Below, one piece after another: positions 1-9,394 of a stretch of DNA of 64,000 bases. Source of the DNA: Bdellovibrio sp. (lineage in GTDB: Bacteria; Bdellovibrionota; Bdellovibrionia; Bdellovibrionales; Bdellovibrionaceae); contig JACMQO010000087.1 of NCBI GenBank assembly GCA_014376935.1, positions 5,289 through 69,288 of the forward strand. Direction: 5' to 3'. The notes under the pieces were generated by a model. That model saw only the letters and a program-made list of their open reading frames with translations. It made no database searches and was not told the origin of the DNA. How positions within the stretch are numbered: position 1 is the stretch's first letter; each line of letters starts with the position of its first letter. Position numbers and translations under genes: made by a program.

Positions 1-1188
1 AGAATCTTCAACCGTTTAGGTTTAAACTACAGAATCGTGCAAGCTGACGCCGGTAATATCGGTGGTAGCCAAACCCACGAATTCCAATTATTAGCTGATG
101 CCGGCGAAGATGCTTTACTAGTCAGTACAAAAACAAATTTTGCGGCTAACGTTGAAGTGTGTCCTGCAATCGATGCCGTTCCTTACGTTTCAAAAGAAAC
201 AACGATGAAAGATATCGAAAAATTTGAGACTCCGGGCCAGAAGACAATAGCAGATCTTGCCACGTTCACAAATGTTCCGGCGAATGAATTAGTAAAGACT
301 TTATTCTATAGCGCGAACGAAGGTAATAATCCAAAAGACGTGTCACTTAAGGCTTTTGCAGTTTTACTTCGCGGTAGCGACGAAGTAAATCCGATCAAAA
401 TTAAAAACTTTTTAAAAATGGCGAACGAACCAAGAATGTTAACTGACGCTGAAGTTCTTGAAGTTTCCGGCGCGAATCCGGGATCGTGCGGTCCTGTTGG
501 TTTAAAAATTCCAATGTACCTAGATAACGGTTTACAAGGTTTTAAAAACTTTATCGTTGGCGCCAATGAAGACGGTTTCCATTTGAAAAACGTCAATACC
601 GAAAAAGATTTCAAACAAACTGCGTTTGCAGATCTTCGCATGGCCAAAGACGGCGACAAGTGCCCTGAGTCTGACGGAACATTAAAATCATTCCGCGGTA
701 TCGAAGTCGGTCACGTGTTCTACCTAGGTCAAAAGTACGCTAAAGCCATGAACGGTGTTTTCTTAGATAAAAACGGAAAATCACAATTCTATGAAATGGG
801 TTGTTACGGTATCGGTGTGACTCGTACAGTTCAGGCCGCTATCGAACAAAGCCACGACCAAGACGGCATCATTTGGCCAAAAGAAATTGCTCCGTTCCAT
901 GTTCACATATGTTTATTAGATATTAAAGACGACGAATTAAAATCATACGTTGAAAAATTAACGGCCGAACTTGAAGCGAAAAAAATTGAAGTTTTCATCG
1001 ATGATCGTGACGAGCGTCCAGGCTTTAAATTCAAAGATGCCGACCTATTAGGATTCCCAGTGCGCGTCGTTGTTGGCCGCAAAGGTTTCGACGCCGCTCA
1101 ATTAGAAGTCGTAAATAGAAAAACAAAAGAAGTCACCAAGCTTGCGCCAAATGAAGTGGCCGCAAAAGTGACCGAACTTTTAAAATAA
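1..1188 (+). CDS. proS: Prolyl-tRNA synthetase, 5'-truncated by window edge (frame open from base 1)
   Basis: ADAGNIGGSQTHEFQ, INS editing domain, RGIEVGHVFYLG, MGCYGIGVTR motif 3, anticodon-binding domain DDRDERPGFKFKDADLLG. Confidence 0.97.
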   Translation, partial: RIFNRLGLNYRIVQADAGNIGGSQTHEFQLLADAGEDALLVSTKTNFAANVEVCPAIDAVPYVSKETTMKDIEKFETPGQKTIADLATFTNVPANELVKTLFYSANEGNNPKDVSLKAFAVLLRGSDEVNPIKIKNFLKMANEPRMLTDAEVLEVSGANPGSCGPVGLKIPMYLDNGLQGFKNFIVGANEDGFHLKNVNTEKDFKQTAFADLRMAKDGDKCPESDGTLKSFRGIEVGHVFYLGQKYAKAMNGVFLDKNGKSQFYEMGCYGIGVTRTVQAAIEQSHDQDGIIWPKEIAPFHVHICLLDIKDDELKSYVEKLTAELEAKKIEVFIDDRDERPGFKFKDADLLGFPVRVVVGRKGFDAAQLEVVNRKTKEVTKLAPNEVAAKVTELLK

Positions 1189-1213
1189 TTAACTTCAAAT
1201 AATAAGGATATAA

Positions 1214-1915
1214 ATGAGCCAACTTCTAAAAAACCCGCTGATCCTAGCTTTAGACGTCGACACCAAAGAAGACGCTCAAAAGATTTTAGATTACGTGGGT
1301 GATTTAGTTGGTGGCATAAAGTTAGGCCCAAGGCTTGTTTACCGCTACGGCGCAAGCCTAGTGACCGAGTTCGCAGAAATCGCCCCGGTTTTCGTTGATA
1401 ATAAATATTTCGATATCCCTTCAACAATGGAAGCGGCCGTTCGCGCCAGCTTTCAAGCAGGCGCAACAATAGTGACCGTGCATGCATTATCCGGATTAGA
1501 AGCTCTGACAAAACTAAATCAACTTGAAATTGAGCTGAACCGCATACGTCCCTTTAAAATTTTAGCCGTAACGATCTTAACAAGTTGGGAAAAATCTTCA
1601 CTCCCCGAGAATTTCCATTCGTGGTCGATCGAAAACCATGTACGAAGTCTATCACAGTTAGTTTATAGATCTGGTTTGCGTGGAATCGTGTGCTCGGGTC
1701 ATGAATTAGAATTTGTTTCGCAAAAAGACATGTTCAAGGTCATTCCCGGTATTCGCATGTCCAGCGACGAATCCAGTGTATCGCAAGACCAAAAACGAGT
1801 GATGACTCCGAAAGAAGCTATCAAAGCCGGAGCCAGCGCTCTGGTCGTTGGCCGCGCGATCTTAAAATCAAACAAACCCCGACAAACAATATTAGACATA
1901 CTAGAAAGTTGTTAA
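1214..1915 (+). CDS. pyrF: Orotidine-5'-phosphate decarboxylase
   Basis: ILALD, DNKYFDIPST (DxKxxDIPxT), VTILTS, PGIR, DQKRVMTP, VVGRAI. Confidence 0.95.
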   Translation: MSQLLKNPLILALDVDTKEDAQKILDYVGDLVGGIKLGPRLVYRYGASLVTEFAEIAPVFVDNKYFDIPSTMEAAVRASFQAGATIVTVHALSGLEALTKLNQLEIELNRIRPFKILAVTILTSWEKSSLPENFHSWSIENHVRSLSQLVYRSGLRGIVCSGHELEFVSQKDMFKVIPGIRMSSDESSVSQDQKRVMTPKEAIKAGASALVVGRAILKSNKPRQTILDILESC

Positions 1916-1922
1916 ATAAAAT

Positions 1923-2858
1923 ATGAGAAAACCAAGCTTCAAACCAAAACGCTCTCCGACTAAAAACTTCGCTCATGGCAGTAAGCCTCCAGGTAAAGGC
2001 CCTGCACCCGCACGCAAAAAAGACGCGGCTTTCGACACGCGTCCATTCAGCACGGGCAAACACAAATCGCAGTCAGGCTTAAAAGATCTAGATGATAACG
2101 GACCTCGCGCGCCCCAAATGGCTGTGCCCAAATCATGGAGACACGTTGCTGGAACGCACGCGATCATGGAGCTGATCAACACGCGTCCAAAAACAGTTCA
2201 AACCATCTTGCTGCAAAATAACTGGAAATCATCGGCAGAACTTCGTGAAATGGTCGACATCGCCACTAAGAAAAATATCAAAATCGAAGAAAAGCCAGAA
2301 GCCGCTTTATTTCCGTTCTGTCATTCACACCAAGGCGCGATCGCGTTTTCAAATGAAAACTTAGAATTCGATTACGAAAACACAATTTGGGATGATCACG
2401 GCTTAGTGATTGCATTAGACGGAGTCGAAGACCCACACAATCTTGGCGCCGTATTAAGAACCGGATGGCTCATGGGCGCAAACGGGATCATCATTCCTGA
2501 TGACCGTGCGGTTGGATTAACGGCGACAGCTCACAAGGTTGCTTGCGGCGGAGCCGAACACGTTCCAATTTACAGAAATAACCAATTCCAAAAATCTTTC
2601 GAAAATCTAAAAGAAGCGGGTTTCTGGGTTTACGGTTTAGATCATAAAGCTACAAAAACAATTTACGACATCAAATTCCCAGAGAAAGTAGTTCTGGTTC
2701 TTGGAGCCGAAGACAAAGGTCTTCGCACCACAACAGAAAAACTATGCGACGAACTGATTTGCATTCCGCAAGTCTCGGCCGGGGCCAGCTACAATGTCTC
2801 AGTTTCTGCGGCATTAGCAATCGCCGAGACCAAGCGCCAATGGGCCGCAAAAAAATAA
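1923..2858 (+). CDS. rlmB: 23S rRNA 2'-O-methyltransferase RlmB (TrmH/SpoU family) with basic N-terminal extension
   Basis: LDGVEDPHNLGAVLRT, VLGAEDKGL, SYNVSVSAA SPOUT motifs; HQG motif. Confidence 0.9.
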   Translation: MRKPSFKPKRSPTKNFAHGSKPPGKGPAPARKKDAAFDTRPFSTGKHKSQSGLKDLDDNGPRAPQMAVPKSWRHVAGTHAIMELINTRPKTVQTILLQNNWKSSAELREMVDIATKKNIKIEEKPEAALFPFCHSHQGAIAFSNENLEFDYENTIWDDHGLVIALDGVEDPHNLGAVLRTGWLMGANGIIIPDDRAVGLTATAHKVACGGAEHVPIYRNNQFQKSFENLKEAGFWVYGLDHKATKTIYDIKFPEKVVLVLGAEDKGLRTTTEKLCDELICIPQVSAGASYNVSVSAALAIAETKRQWAAKK

Positions 2859-2869
2859 TTATCTAATAG

Positions 2870-2900
2870 AAATCCCAAGAAAAAATCTTGGGATTTTTTT
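2870..2900 (+). terminator. Rho-independent terminator after rlmB
   Basis: AAATCCCAAGA-AAAAA-TCTTGGGATTT stem-loop followed by T run. Confidence 0.85.
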
Positions 2901-2962
2901 TAAGTCAGTAGTCGTGCTCATTTGCGATTTAATTTACAAAGAGCAGAGTAAAGGAGAAATTT

Positions 2963-3655
2963 ATGGAAGAAATCACTCTGTCAATCGCCGACGGATCTAA
3001 GATGCGGGCCTACGTGGCTCGGTCTGAAAAAAAGCCGACCGCGGCTGTTATCGTTTTTCAAGAAGCATTCGGTGTAAACCACCATATAAAAGATCTAGCG
3101 AAAAGATTCGCGGCCAATGGCTACTTGGCGATCGCACCAGAGCTCTATCACCGCACAGCCCCTGCAGGATTTACGGTTGGATACAACGAATTCGCCGCCG
3201 TTGGAAATCACTTTTCCGCTATCAATGAAAACGATATCCACGATGACGCCCAAGCTTGTTTTGATTGGTTAACTAAAATGGAAAATATAAAAACAGTTTC
3301 AACGGTAGGGCATTGTTTGGGTGGCCGCGTATCATTTATAGCTAATGCGACTCTTCCGCTTGCATGCGCGATCTCTTACTACGGCGGTCGTATCGCCCCA
3401 GGCTATCTTCACTTGGCAAAAACACAAAAATCCCCTCTATTGTTTTTCTGGGGCGGTTTAGATCAACATATTCCCAATGATCAAATCCAAGATATCAATC
3501 ACGCGTTAACCGAGTCGAAAAAGAAATTCACATGCGTCCAAATTTCAGACGCAGACCACGGTTTTTTCTGTGACGAGCGCGCCAGCTATAATGCCGTGGC
3601 CGCCCGTGAAGCATGGGCTTTGACGCTTCAATTTTTGAAAGAATATAATTCTTAG
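2963..3655 (+). CDS. Dienelactone hydrolase family protein
   Basis: VFQEAFGVNHHI, GHCLGG nucleophile Cys, DADHGFFCDERASY; SD GGAG upstream. Confidence 0.92.
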   Translation: MEEITLSIADGSKMRAYVARSEKKPTAAVIVFQEAFGVNHHIKDLAKRFAANGYLAIAPELYHRTAPAGFTVGYNEFAAVGNHFSAINENDIHDDAQACFDWLTKMENIKTVSTVGHCLGGRVSFIANATLPLACAISYYGGRIAPGYLHLAKTQKSPLLFFWGGLDQHIPNDQIQDINHALTESKKKFTCVQISDADHGFFCDERASYNAVAAREAWALTLQFLKEYNS

Positions 3656-3789
3656 TCGGTACTAAGCTTAAAACCGTGCTTAAACCCCAAAAAATCGGGG
3701 CCAGGTGAACAAGAAATACTGTCATTTGGCCTTTTTATGTTTAGTTTTCGGGCAGTGAAAAAAAATCCTTCAGACCCTTTAAATTTATT

Positions 3790-3818
3790 TTGACCTCGTC
3801 AAGTCAATCCAGTAGAAA
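3790..3818 (+). promoter_or_regulatory. Probable sigma70 promoter of the tRNA-tuf operon
   Basis: TTGACC-17 nt-TAGAAA with AT-rich upstream tract, about 65 nt before tRNA-Thr. Confidence 0.55.
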
Positions 3819-3884
3819 TTTCAAGTTACCAAAGTCATAAAAGTTTGTTTCGAAGAAATTCGGGATTAGCGATGAGGTATAAGT

Positions 3885-3960
3885 GCTGGTTTAGCTCAAT
3901 TGGTAGAGCAGCTGATTTGTAATCAGCAGGTTGCGGGTTCGAGTCCCATAACCAGCTCCA
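3885..3960 (+). tRNA. tRNA-Thr(UGU)
   Basis: Acceptor GCTGGTT/AACCAGC, anticodon loop TTTGTAA, T-loop TTCGAGT, encoded CCA. Confidence 0.97.
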
Positions 3961-3985
3961 AATTTTTGCGAGTGTGCATCTGTTT

Positions 3986-4071
3986 GGGTAGGTGCCCGAG
4001 TGGCTAAAGGGGACAGACTGTAAATCTGTTGACTTCGGTCTTCGAAGGTTCGAATCCTTCCCTACCCACCA
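3986..4071 (+). tRNA. tRNA-Tyr(GUA)
   Basis: Acceptor GGGTAGG/CCTACCC, anticodon loop CTGTAAA, long variable arm, TTCGAAT, CCA. Confidence 0.98.
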
Positions 4072-4150
4072 TCTTTGTTTAATCATAAAGAAGGTTTCGG
4101 TAAGCCACGGTTGAATAGCAGCTGTGCAGTCGCAAAAGTTTTTTGTCAGG

Positions 4151-4227
4151 GCGGGGGTAGCTCAATTGGCTAGAGTATCTGCCTTCCAAGCAGAGGGTTG
4201 CGGGTTCGAGACCCGTTCCCCGCTCCA
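4151..4227 (+). tRNA. tRNA-Gly(UCC)
   Basis: Acceptor GCGGGGG/TCCCCGC, anticodon loop CTTCCAA, CCA. Confidence 0.98.
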
Positions 4228-4277
4228 AATTTACTTTTGAAGAGGGCGCCAGCAGCTGGGTAATTACGGACAGCGAT

Positions 4278-4352
4278 GCCCGTGTAGCTCAGTGGTAGAG
4301 CACACCCTTGGTAAGGGTGAGGTCGTCGGTTCGGCTCCGATCACGGGCTCCA
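4278..4352 (+). tRNA. tRNA-Thr(GGU)
   Basis: Acceptor GCCCGTG/CACGGGC, anticodon loop TTGGTAA, CCA; T-loop TTCGGCT. Confidence 0.96.
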
Positions 4353-4453
4353 ATAAATAGAAATATTTTTTGGACTTTGCGAGCAGCCTTTTTAGTTTTA
4401 GATTTTAGAAAACGAACGAAAATAAAATAACAATCTCTGCAGGAGGAAATTAT

Positions 4454-5644
4454 ATGTCTAAAGAGAAATTCAACAGAAATAAACCCCATGTGAATATCGG
4501 TACTATCGGTCACGTCGATCATGGAAAAACTACTTTGACAGCTGCAATCACTACTACTCTTGCGCTAGAAGGTAAATCTCAAGCAATGGCTTACGATCAA
4601 ATCGATAAGTCACCAGAAGAGAAAGAGCGTGGTATCACGATCTCTACAACTCACGTTGAGTACGAAACTGACAAGCGTCACTACGCTCACGTTGATTGCC
4701 CAGGGCATGCTGATTACGTTAAAAATATGATCACTGGTGCTGCGCAAATGGATGGCGGTATTCTAGTTGTTTCTGCGGCCGATGGTCCAATGCCACAAAC
4801 TCGTGAGCATATCTTACTTGCTCGTCAAGTTGGTGTTCCGGCGCTAGTTGTTTTCATGAACAAATGTGACATGGTTGACGACAAAGAATTACTTGAACTA
4901 GTTGAAATGGAAATTCGCGAACTTTTATCTAAGTACGAATTCCCAGGCGACGAAATTCCAGTTATCCAAGGTTCTGCTAAATTAGGTTTAGAGGGCGACA
5001 ACTCTGAATTAGGTAAGCCATCTATCAAACGTTTAATGGACGCTTGTGACTCTTACATTCCACAACCGGCACGTGCTATCGATAAAACATTCTTAATGCC
5101 AGTAGAGGACGTGTTCTCTATCTCTGGTCGTGGAACTGTTGTTACTGGTCGTGTTGAGCGCGGAATCGTTAAAGTAAATGACGAGATCGAAATCATCGGT
5201 ATCCGTCCAACTCAAAAAACAACTGTAACAGGTATTGAAATGTTCCGTAAGCTTCTTGACGAAGGTCAAGCTGGCGACAACTGCGGCGTTTTATTACGTG
5301 GTACTAAAAAAGAAGACGTTGAACGTGGTCAAGTTTTAGCAAAACCAGGATCTGTTAAGCCTCACAAAAAATTCAAAGGTGAAGCGTACATTCTGACTAA
5401 AGAAGAAGGTGGACGTCATACTCCATTCTTTACAAACTACCGTCCTCAGTTTTACTTCCGTACAACTGACGTGACAGGTGTTGTAACTTTAAAAGCTGGA
5501 ACAGAAATGGTTATGCCAGGCGATAAAATCGAAGTTAACGTTGAGTTAATTACGCCAATCGCAATGGAAATGGGATTACGTTTCGCGATTCGCGAGGGTG
5601 GCCGTACAGTTGGTGCGGGCGTTGTAACGGAAATCGTTGAGTAG
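4454..5644 (+). CDS. tuf: Elongation factor Tu
   Basis: [26 protein letters not shown]; 396 aa; SD AGGAGG. Confidence 0.99.
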   Translation: MSKEKFNRNKPHVNIGTIGHVDHGKTTLTAAITTTLALEGKSQAMAYDQIDKSPEEKERGITISTTHVEYETDKRHYAHVDCPGHADYVKNMITGAAQMDGGILVVSAADGPMPQTREHILLARQVGVPALVVFMNKCDMVDDKELLELVEMEIRELLSKYEFPGDEIPVIQGSAKLGLEGDNSELGKPSIKRLMDACDSYIPQPARAIDKTFLMPVEDVFSISGRGTVVTGRVERGIVKVNDEIEIIGIRPTQKTTVTGIEMFRKLLDEGQAGDNCGVLLRGTKKEDVERGQVLAKPGSVKPHKKFKGEAYILTKEEGGRHTPFFTNYRPQFYFRTTDVTGVVTLKAGTEMVMPGDKIEVNVELITPIAMEMGLRFAIREGGRTVGAGVVTEIVE

Positions 5645-5685
5645 TAATAACATACTGCATTAATAGATAATTCAAAATCAGGGCC

Positions 5686-5720
5686 AAGGGACAACATAAT
5701 CGTTGTCCCTTTTGTCTTTT
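5686..5720 (+). terminator. Terminator-like hairpin after tuf
   Basis: AAGGGACAAC-ATAATC-GTTGTCCCTT followed by TTGTCTTTT. Confidence 0.7.
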
Positions 5721-5756
5721 TAGAGTTATATTCTGCGTCTTGTGTATAGAAACCAG

Positions 5757-5832
5757 AGGACAGTAGCTCCAGCGGTAGAGCGAGCGACTCCAAATCGCTA
5801 GGTCGTGGGTTCGAATCCCTCCTGTCCTGCCA
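5757..5832 (+). tRNA. tRNA-Trp(CCA)
   Basis: Acceptor AGGACAG/CTGTCCT, anticodon loop CTCCAAA, TTCGAAT, CCA; usual position before secE. Confidence 0.97.
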
Positions 5833-5902
5833 TTTACTGTCAAAGGTGAGTGGATCTACACAAAAAATTTAAATTTTTTGAAAAATAAAAGAGGTTTTGC
5901 AG

Positions 5903-6280
5903 ATGGATAAAACAAATTCAAAAATTATCACGATTAGTTTTGTTTCTTTCGCGGCGTTAATCGGTTTCACGGTTTCAACTTTATTAAAGGTTTTTTCTGG
6001 TGCATTCGGTGTGATCGCAAAAGCAATGAATTTCGATTTATTCCGTCACGGAGTACCTGTCGTCGTAGCTTTGGGTTTATTTATTTATCTTCAATTCAAC
6101 GGCAAAGTTTTAACTTGGGCTGATGAAGTTATCGGTGAAGTGAAAAAAATTGTTTGGCCACCTTTGAAAGACACTAAAGGTATGACGATCATCGTTGTTG
6201 TTATGGTTTTAATTTCAAGTGTGATCGTCAGTGTGTTTGATATGTTCTCTGGGTTCGTCTTAAACCAATTGATGAAGTAG
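5903..6280 (+). CDS. secE: Preprotein translocase subunit SecE (three-TM type)
   Basis: EVKKIVWPPLKDT motif then TM helix; between trnW and nusG; ATG 5903 with GAGG SD preferred over track start 5897. Confidence 0.92.
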   Translation: MDKTNSKIITISFVSFAALIGFTVSTLLKVFSGAFGVIAKAMNFDLFRHGVPVVVALGLFIYLQFNGKVLTWADEVIGEVKKIVWPPLKDTKGMTIIVVVMVLISSVIVSVFDMFSGFVLNQLMK

Positions 6281-6289
6281 GAGTTAGCA

Positions 6290-6826
6290 ATGGATAAGAA
6301 GTGGTACATCGTTAACGTACAATCTGGTTGTGAAGCGACAGCAAAAACGGCTATCGAAGAAAAGATTCGCTCTAATAAATTAGAGGCGAATTTTGGTGAT
6401 ATTTTAATTCCGGCTGAAAATGTTGTAGAATTAGTAAAAGGCCAAAAGACAACAAAATCTCGTAAATTTTTCCCTGGATATATTTTCGTTCACATGAACT
6501 TAAATGATCAAACTTGGCATTTAGTAAAAAGCTCCTCAAAAGTGGGTGGCTTTGTTGGTGGAACGAAAACTCGTCCCCCAGAAGTTCCAGAACATGAAGT
6601 TATGCGCGTGACTCAGCAGATGGCCGGCCTTGGTGAAAAAATCAAAGCAAAAGCCAATTTCTCTGTGGGCGAACAAGTCATGGTTATAGATGGGCCTTTC
6701 AACACGTTCAATGGAACCGTTGAAGACATTAATGAGGACAAGGCAAAAGTAAAAGTTTTAGTTACAATCTTCGGACGTCCTACTCCAGTTGAGCTAGATT
6801 TCGCTCAAGTCGAAAAAACATCGTAA
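6290..6826 (+). CDS. nusG: Transcription termination/antitermination factor NusG
   Basis: KWYIVNVQSG, FFPGYIFV, KOW domain DGPF, VTIFGRPTPVELDF. Confidence 0.98.
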   Translation: MDKKWYIVNVQSGCEATAKTAIEEKIRSNKLEANFGDILIPAENVVELVKGQKTTKSRKFFPGYIFVHMNLNDQTWHLVKSSSKVGGFVGGTKTRPPEVPEHEVMRVTQQMAGLGEKIKAKANFSVGEQVMVIDGPFNTFNGTVEDINEDKAKVKVLVTIFGRPTPVELDFAQVEKTS

Positions 6827-6900
6827 TTATATTTAGAATTTAACTTTGCTAGATCATAGGGATCTAGCAAAACAATCAACCCTATTGCAGGAAGTGGGCT

Positions 6901-7326
6901 ATGGCAAAAAAAGTAACAGGTATGATTAAGCTGCAGATACCGGCAGGGAAAGCTAATCCAGCTCCTCCCGTTGGACCGGCACTTGGACAGCATGGGGTAA
7001 ACATTATGGAATTCTGTAAGCAGTTTAATGCGAAGACGCAAGCGTTAGGTGACGCTATCGTTCCGATCATTATCACTGTTTATCAAGACCGTTCGTTTAC
7101 TTTCATCACCAAGACGTCACCGGTATCTTCGTTAATCAAGAAGGCATTAAAATTAGAATCAGGTTCTAAAATGCCACAAAAAGACAAGGTCGGCAAAATC
7201 AAGCAAGACCAAATCAAAATAATCGCAACTACAAAGTTGCCAGATTTGAACTGTGTGAAAGTAGAATCAGCGATGTCTCAAGTCGCTGGAACTGCTAAGA
7301 GCATGGGTATCGAAGTAGAAGGCTAG
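6901..7326 (+). CDS. rplK: 50S ribosomal protein L11
   Basis: [32 protein letters not shown]. Confidence 0.99.
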   Translation: MAKKVTGMIKLQIPAGKANPAPPVGPALGQHGVNIMEFCKQFNAKTQALGDAIVPIIITVYQDRSFTFITKTSPVSSLIKKALKLESGSKMPQKDKVGKIKQDQIKIIATTKLPDLNCVKVESAMSQVAGTAKSMGIEVEG

Positions 7327-7334
7327 GCGGACAT

Positions 7335-8036
7335 ATGGCAGGAAAAAAATTTAAAGCATCTGCAAAAAAAGTAGATACTACAAAAAAATATTCTTTCGAA
7401 GACGGTATCAAATTAGCGATCGACACAGCTCCCGCTAAATTTGACGAATCTATCGACGTAGCAGTTCGTTTAGGTGTTGACCCTAAGCAATCTGATCAAC
7501 AAGTTCGTGGTGCGATCGCGCTTCCTAACGGTCTTGGTAAAACAGTACGCGTATTGGTTTTCGCAAAAGGCCCGAAAGAAGCAGAAGCTAAAGAAGCTGG
7601 CGCTGATTTCGTTGGTGGCGATGATCTAGTAGCTAAAATTAATGATGGATGGCTCGCATTTGATAAATGTATCGCGACTCCAGACATGATGGCGACTGTA
7701 TCCAAAGTTGCGAAGGTTCTAGGACCTCGTGGTTTAATGCCGAATCCTAAAGTTGGAACAGTAACTATGGCGGTTGGCGCTGCTGTTGCGGCTGAGAAAA
7801 AAGGTAAATTAGATTTCCGCGTTGATAAAGCTGGTATCATTCACGCTTCTATCGGCCGTAAATCAATGGGCGCAGAAAAATTGAAAGCAAATTTCGACAT
7901 GTTTATCGCAGCTGTTTTGAAAGCAAAGCCAGCGACGTCTAAAGGTGTTTATTTGCGTTCAGTGGCTGTTGCTTCAACGATGGGTCCAGGAATCACTCTT
8001 GATGCAAATCAAGCGAATGGCGCATCTGAAGAGTAA
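7335..8036 (+). CDS. rplA: 50S ribosomal protein L1
   Basis: [28 protein letters not shown]. Confidence 0.99.
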   Translation: MAGKKFKASAKKVDTTKKYSFEDGIKLAIDTAPAKFDESIDVAVRLGVDPKQSDQQVRGAIALPNGLGKTVRVLVFAKGPKEAEAKEAGADFVGGDDLVAKINDGWLAFDKCIATPDMMATVSKVAKVLGPRGLMPNPKVGTVTMAVGAAVAAEKKGKLDFRVDKAGIIHASIGRKSMGAEKLKANFDMFIAAVLKAKPATSKGVYLRSVAVASTMGPGITLDANQANGASEE

Positions 8037-8098
8037 ATCATTCTGCAAGGAGTGACTGTTTGAAAAATAACCCTGCCGTTAAAAAGCAGGTTTAAAAT

Positions 8099-8188
8099 AG
8101 AACGTCAGTGAAAGCTGGTGTCTGCAAAGACCTAAATTTAAGTTTCGTTAATTTTGACAAGACTTAAAGCCACTCGAGACGACGTTCT
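8099..8188 (+). promoter_or_regulatory. Putative L10 leader (rplJL autoregulatory RNA)
   Basis: Outer stem AGAACGTC (8099-8106)/GACGTTCT (8181-8188), inner AGTG/CACT, internal AGAC and TAAA elements, directly 5' of the rplJ SD. Confidence 0.55.
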
Positions 8189-8214
8189 TAATTCTAATGA
8201 AGGGAGGTTCCAGT

Positions 8215-8739
8215 ATGTTAAGATCTGAAAAAGATACAGACATTAAAGTGATCGTTGATAAATTTGCGAAAGCTAACGGAGCTTTCGTCGTAGATTTTAA
8301 GGGCATGAAAGTAGAGCAAGTAACGTCTCTACGTAAAAAACTTCACGCTGCAGAATCTGAGATGAAAGTTGTACGTAATACTTTAGCTAAGCGCGCATTC
8401 AAAGATCATCCAGCAGTTGAAGGTGCTTTCGGCTCAACAATGAAGGGTACAAACGCGATCGTTTTCGCATTTGCTGACGTTATTGCTGTTGCTAAAACAC
8501 TAAACGACTTTGGAAAAGATGTTGAAGCTTTAAAGATCAAAACCGGTATCATGGACGGCAATGCGCTTGATTCTAATAAAATCAAGTTCTTGGCTACATT
8601 ACCAGGTAAAGATCAATTACGAGCTCAATTTTTATGCTTGTTAAAAGAGCCATCAGCTCGTTTAGCACGTGTTATGAATGAGTACGCTACTAAAAACGGA
8701 GCGCCAGCTGCAGAAACTGCATCTGAGCCACAAGCTTAG
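8215..8739 (+). CDS. rplJ: 50S ribosomal protein L10
   Basis: [25 protein letters not shown]; ATG 8215 with AGGGAGG SD preferred over track start 8197. Confidence 0.96.
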   Translation: MLRSEKDTDIKVIVDKFAKANGAFVVDFKGMKVEQVTSLRKKLHAAESEMKVVRNTLAKRAFKDHPAVEGAFGSTMKGTNAIVFAFADVIAVAKTLNDFGKDVEALKIKTGIMDGNALDSNKIKFLATLPGKDQLRAQFLCLLKEPSARLARVMNEYATKNGAPAAETASEPQA

Positions 8740-8796
8740 TCTGAACAATTACGTTTCAGCTAAAGTATATAAATAAATTTATCGGAGGATTATCAA

Positions 8797-9165
8797 ATGG
8801 CTATGACAAATGAACAATTAGTAACTGAATTATCGGCAAAAACAGTATTAGAAATCGCTGAACTAGTAAAAACATTAGAAGAGAAGTGGGGCGTTTCTGC
8901 TGCTGCTCCTATGATGATGGCTGGCGGCGCGGCAGCTCCTGCTGCTGAAGCTCAAACTGCTTTCGACGTTATCCTAATGGAAGCTGGCGCGAACAAAATC
9001 AACGTAATTAAAGAAGTACGTGCGATTACAGGTCTAGGTTTAGCTGAAGCAAAAGCTTTAGTTGAAGCTGGCGGCAAACCAGTTAAAGAAGGCGTTACTA
9101 AAGACGAAGCAGACAAAATCAAGAAAGCTCTTGAAACTGCAGGCGCTAAAGTTACTGTTAAGTAA
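8797..9165 (+). CDS. rplL: 50S ribosomal protein L7/L12
   Basis: [35 protein letters not shown]. Confidence 0.99.
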   Translation: MAMTNEQLVTELSAKTVLEIAELVKTLEEKWGVSAAAPMMMAGGAAAPAAEAQTAFDVILMEAGANKINVIKEVRAITGLGLAEAKALVEAGGKPVKEGVTKDEADKIKKALETAGAKVTVK

Positions 9166-9184
9166 TAAAATTTTTTTCAAACTT

Positions 9185-9219
9185 AACCACAGTGCCATGT
9201 TACAGCACTGTGGTTTTTT
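9185..9219 (+). terminator. Terminator/attenuator between rplL and rpoB
   Basis: AACCACAGTGC-9 nt-GCACTGTGGTT followed by T run. Confidence 0.8.
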
Positions 9220-9394
9220 GCTTTTTAAAGCCGCATAAAATAGACTAGGATTTAGTTCTTATTTTGTGCAAAAATTCTATTTATTGGTTTCTATAAGATT
9301 TAATGTGGGCCTTGAAGATTTCCCCCCGAAGCGAAACTTTTTTTAAGTTCTAAAAAACTTAATATTTTTTTCAGTCACTAATTCAGGAGAACGA

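Noticed and set aside
3908-4260. AGCAGCTG occurring in tRNA-Thr and in two tRNA spacers
   Set aside because: An 8-mer only; no tRNA-like fold in the spacers.
3835-4522. Minus-strand ORFs 3835-4086 and 4289-4522 (also 5452-5843)
   Set aside because: They are antisense readings of tRNA genes and tuf.
5785-5795. Recoded UGA or alternative genetic code
   Set aside because: tRNA-Trp anticodon is CCA, and conserved genes translate full length under code 11.
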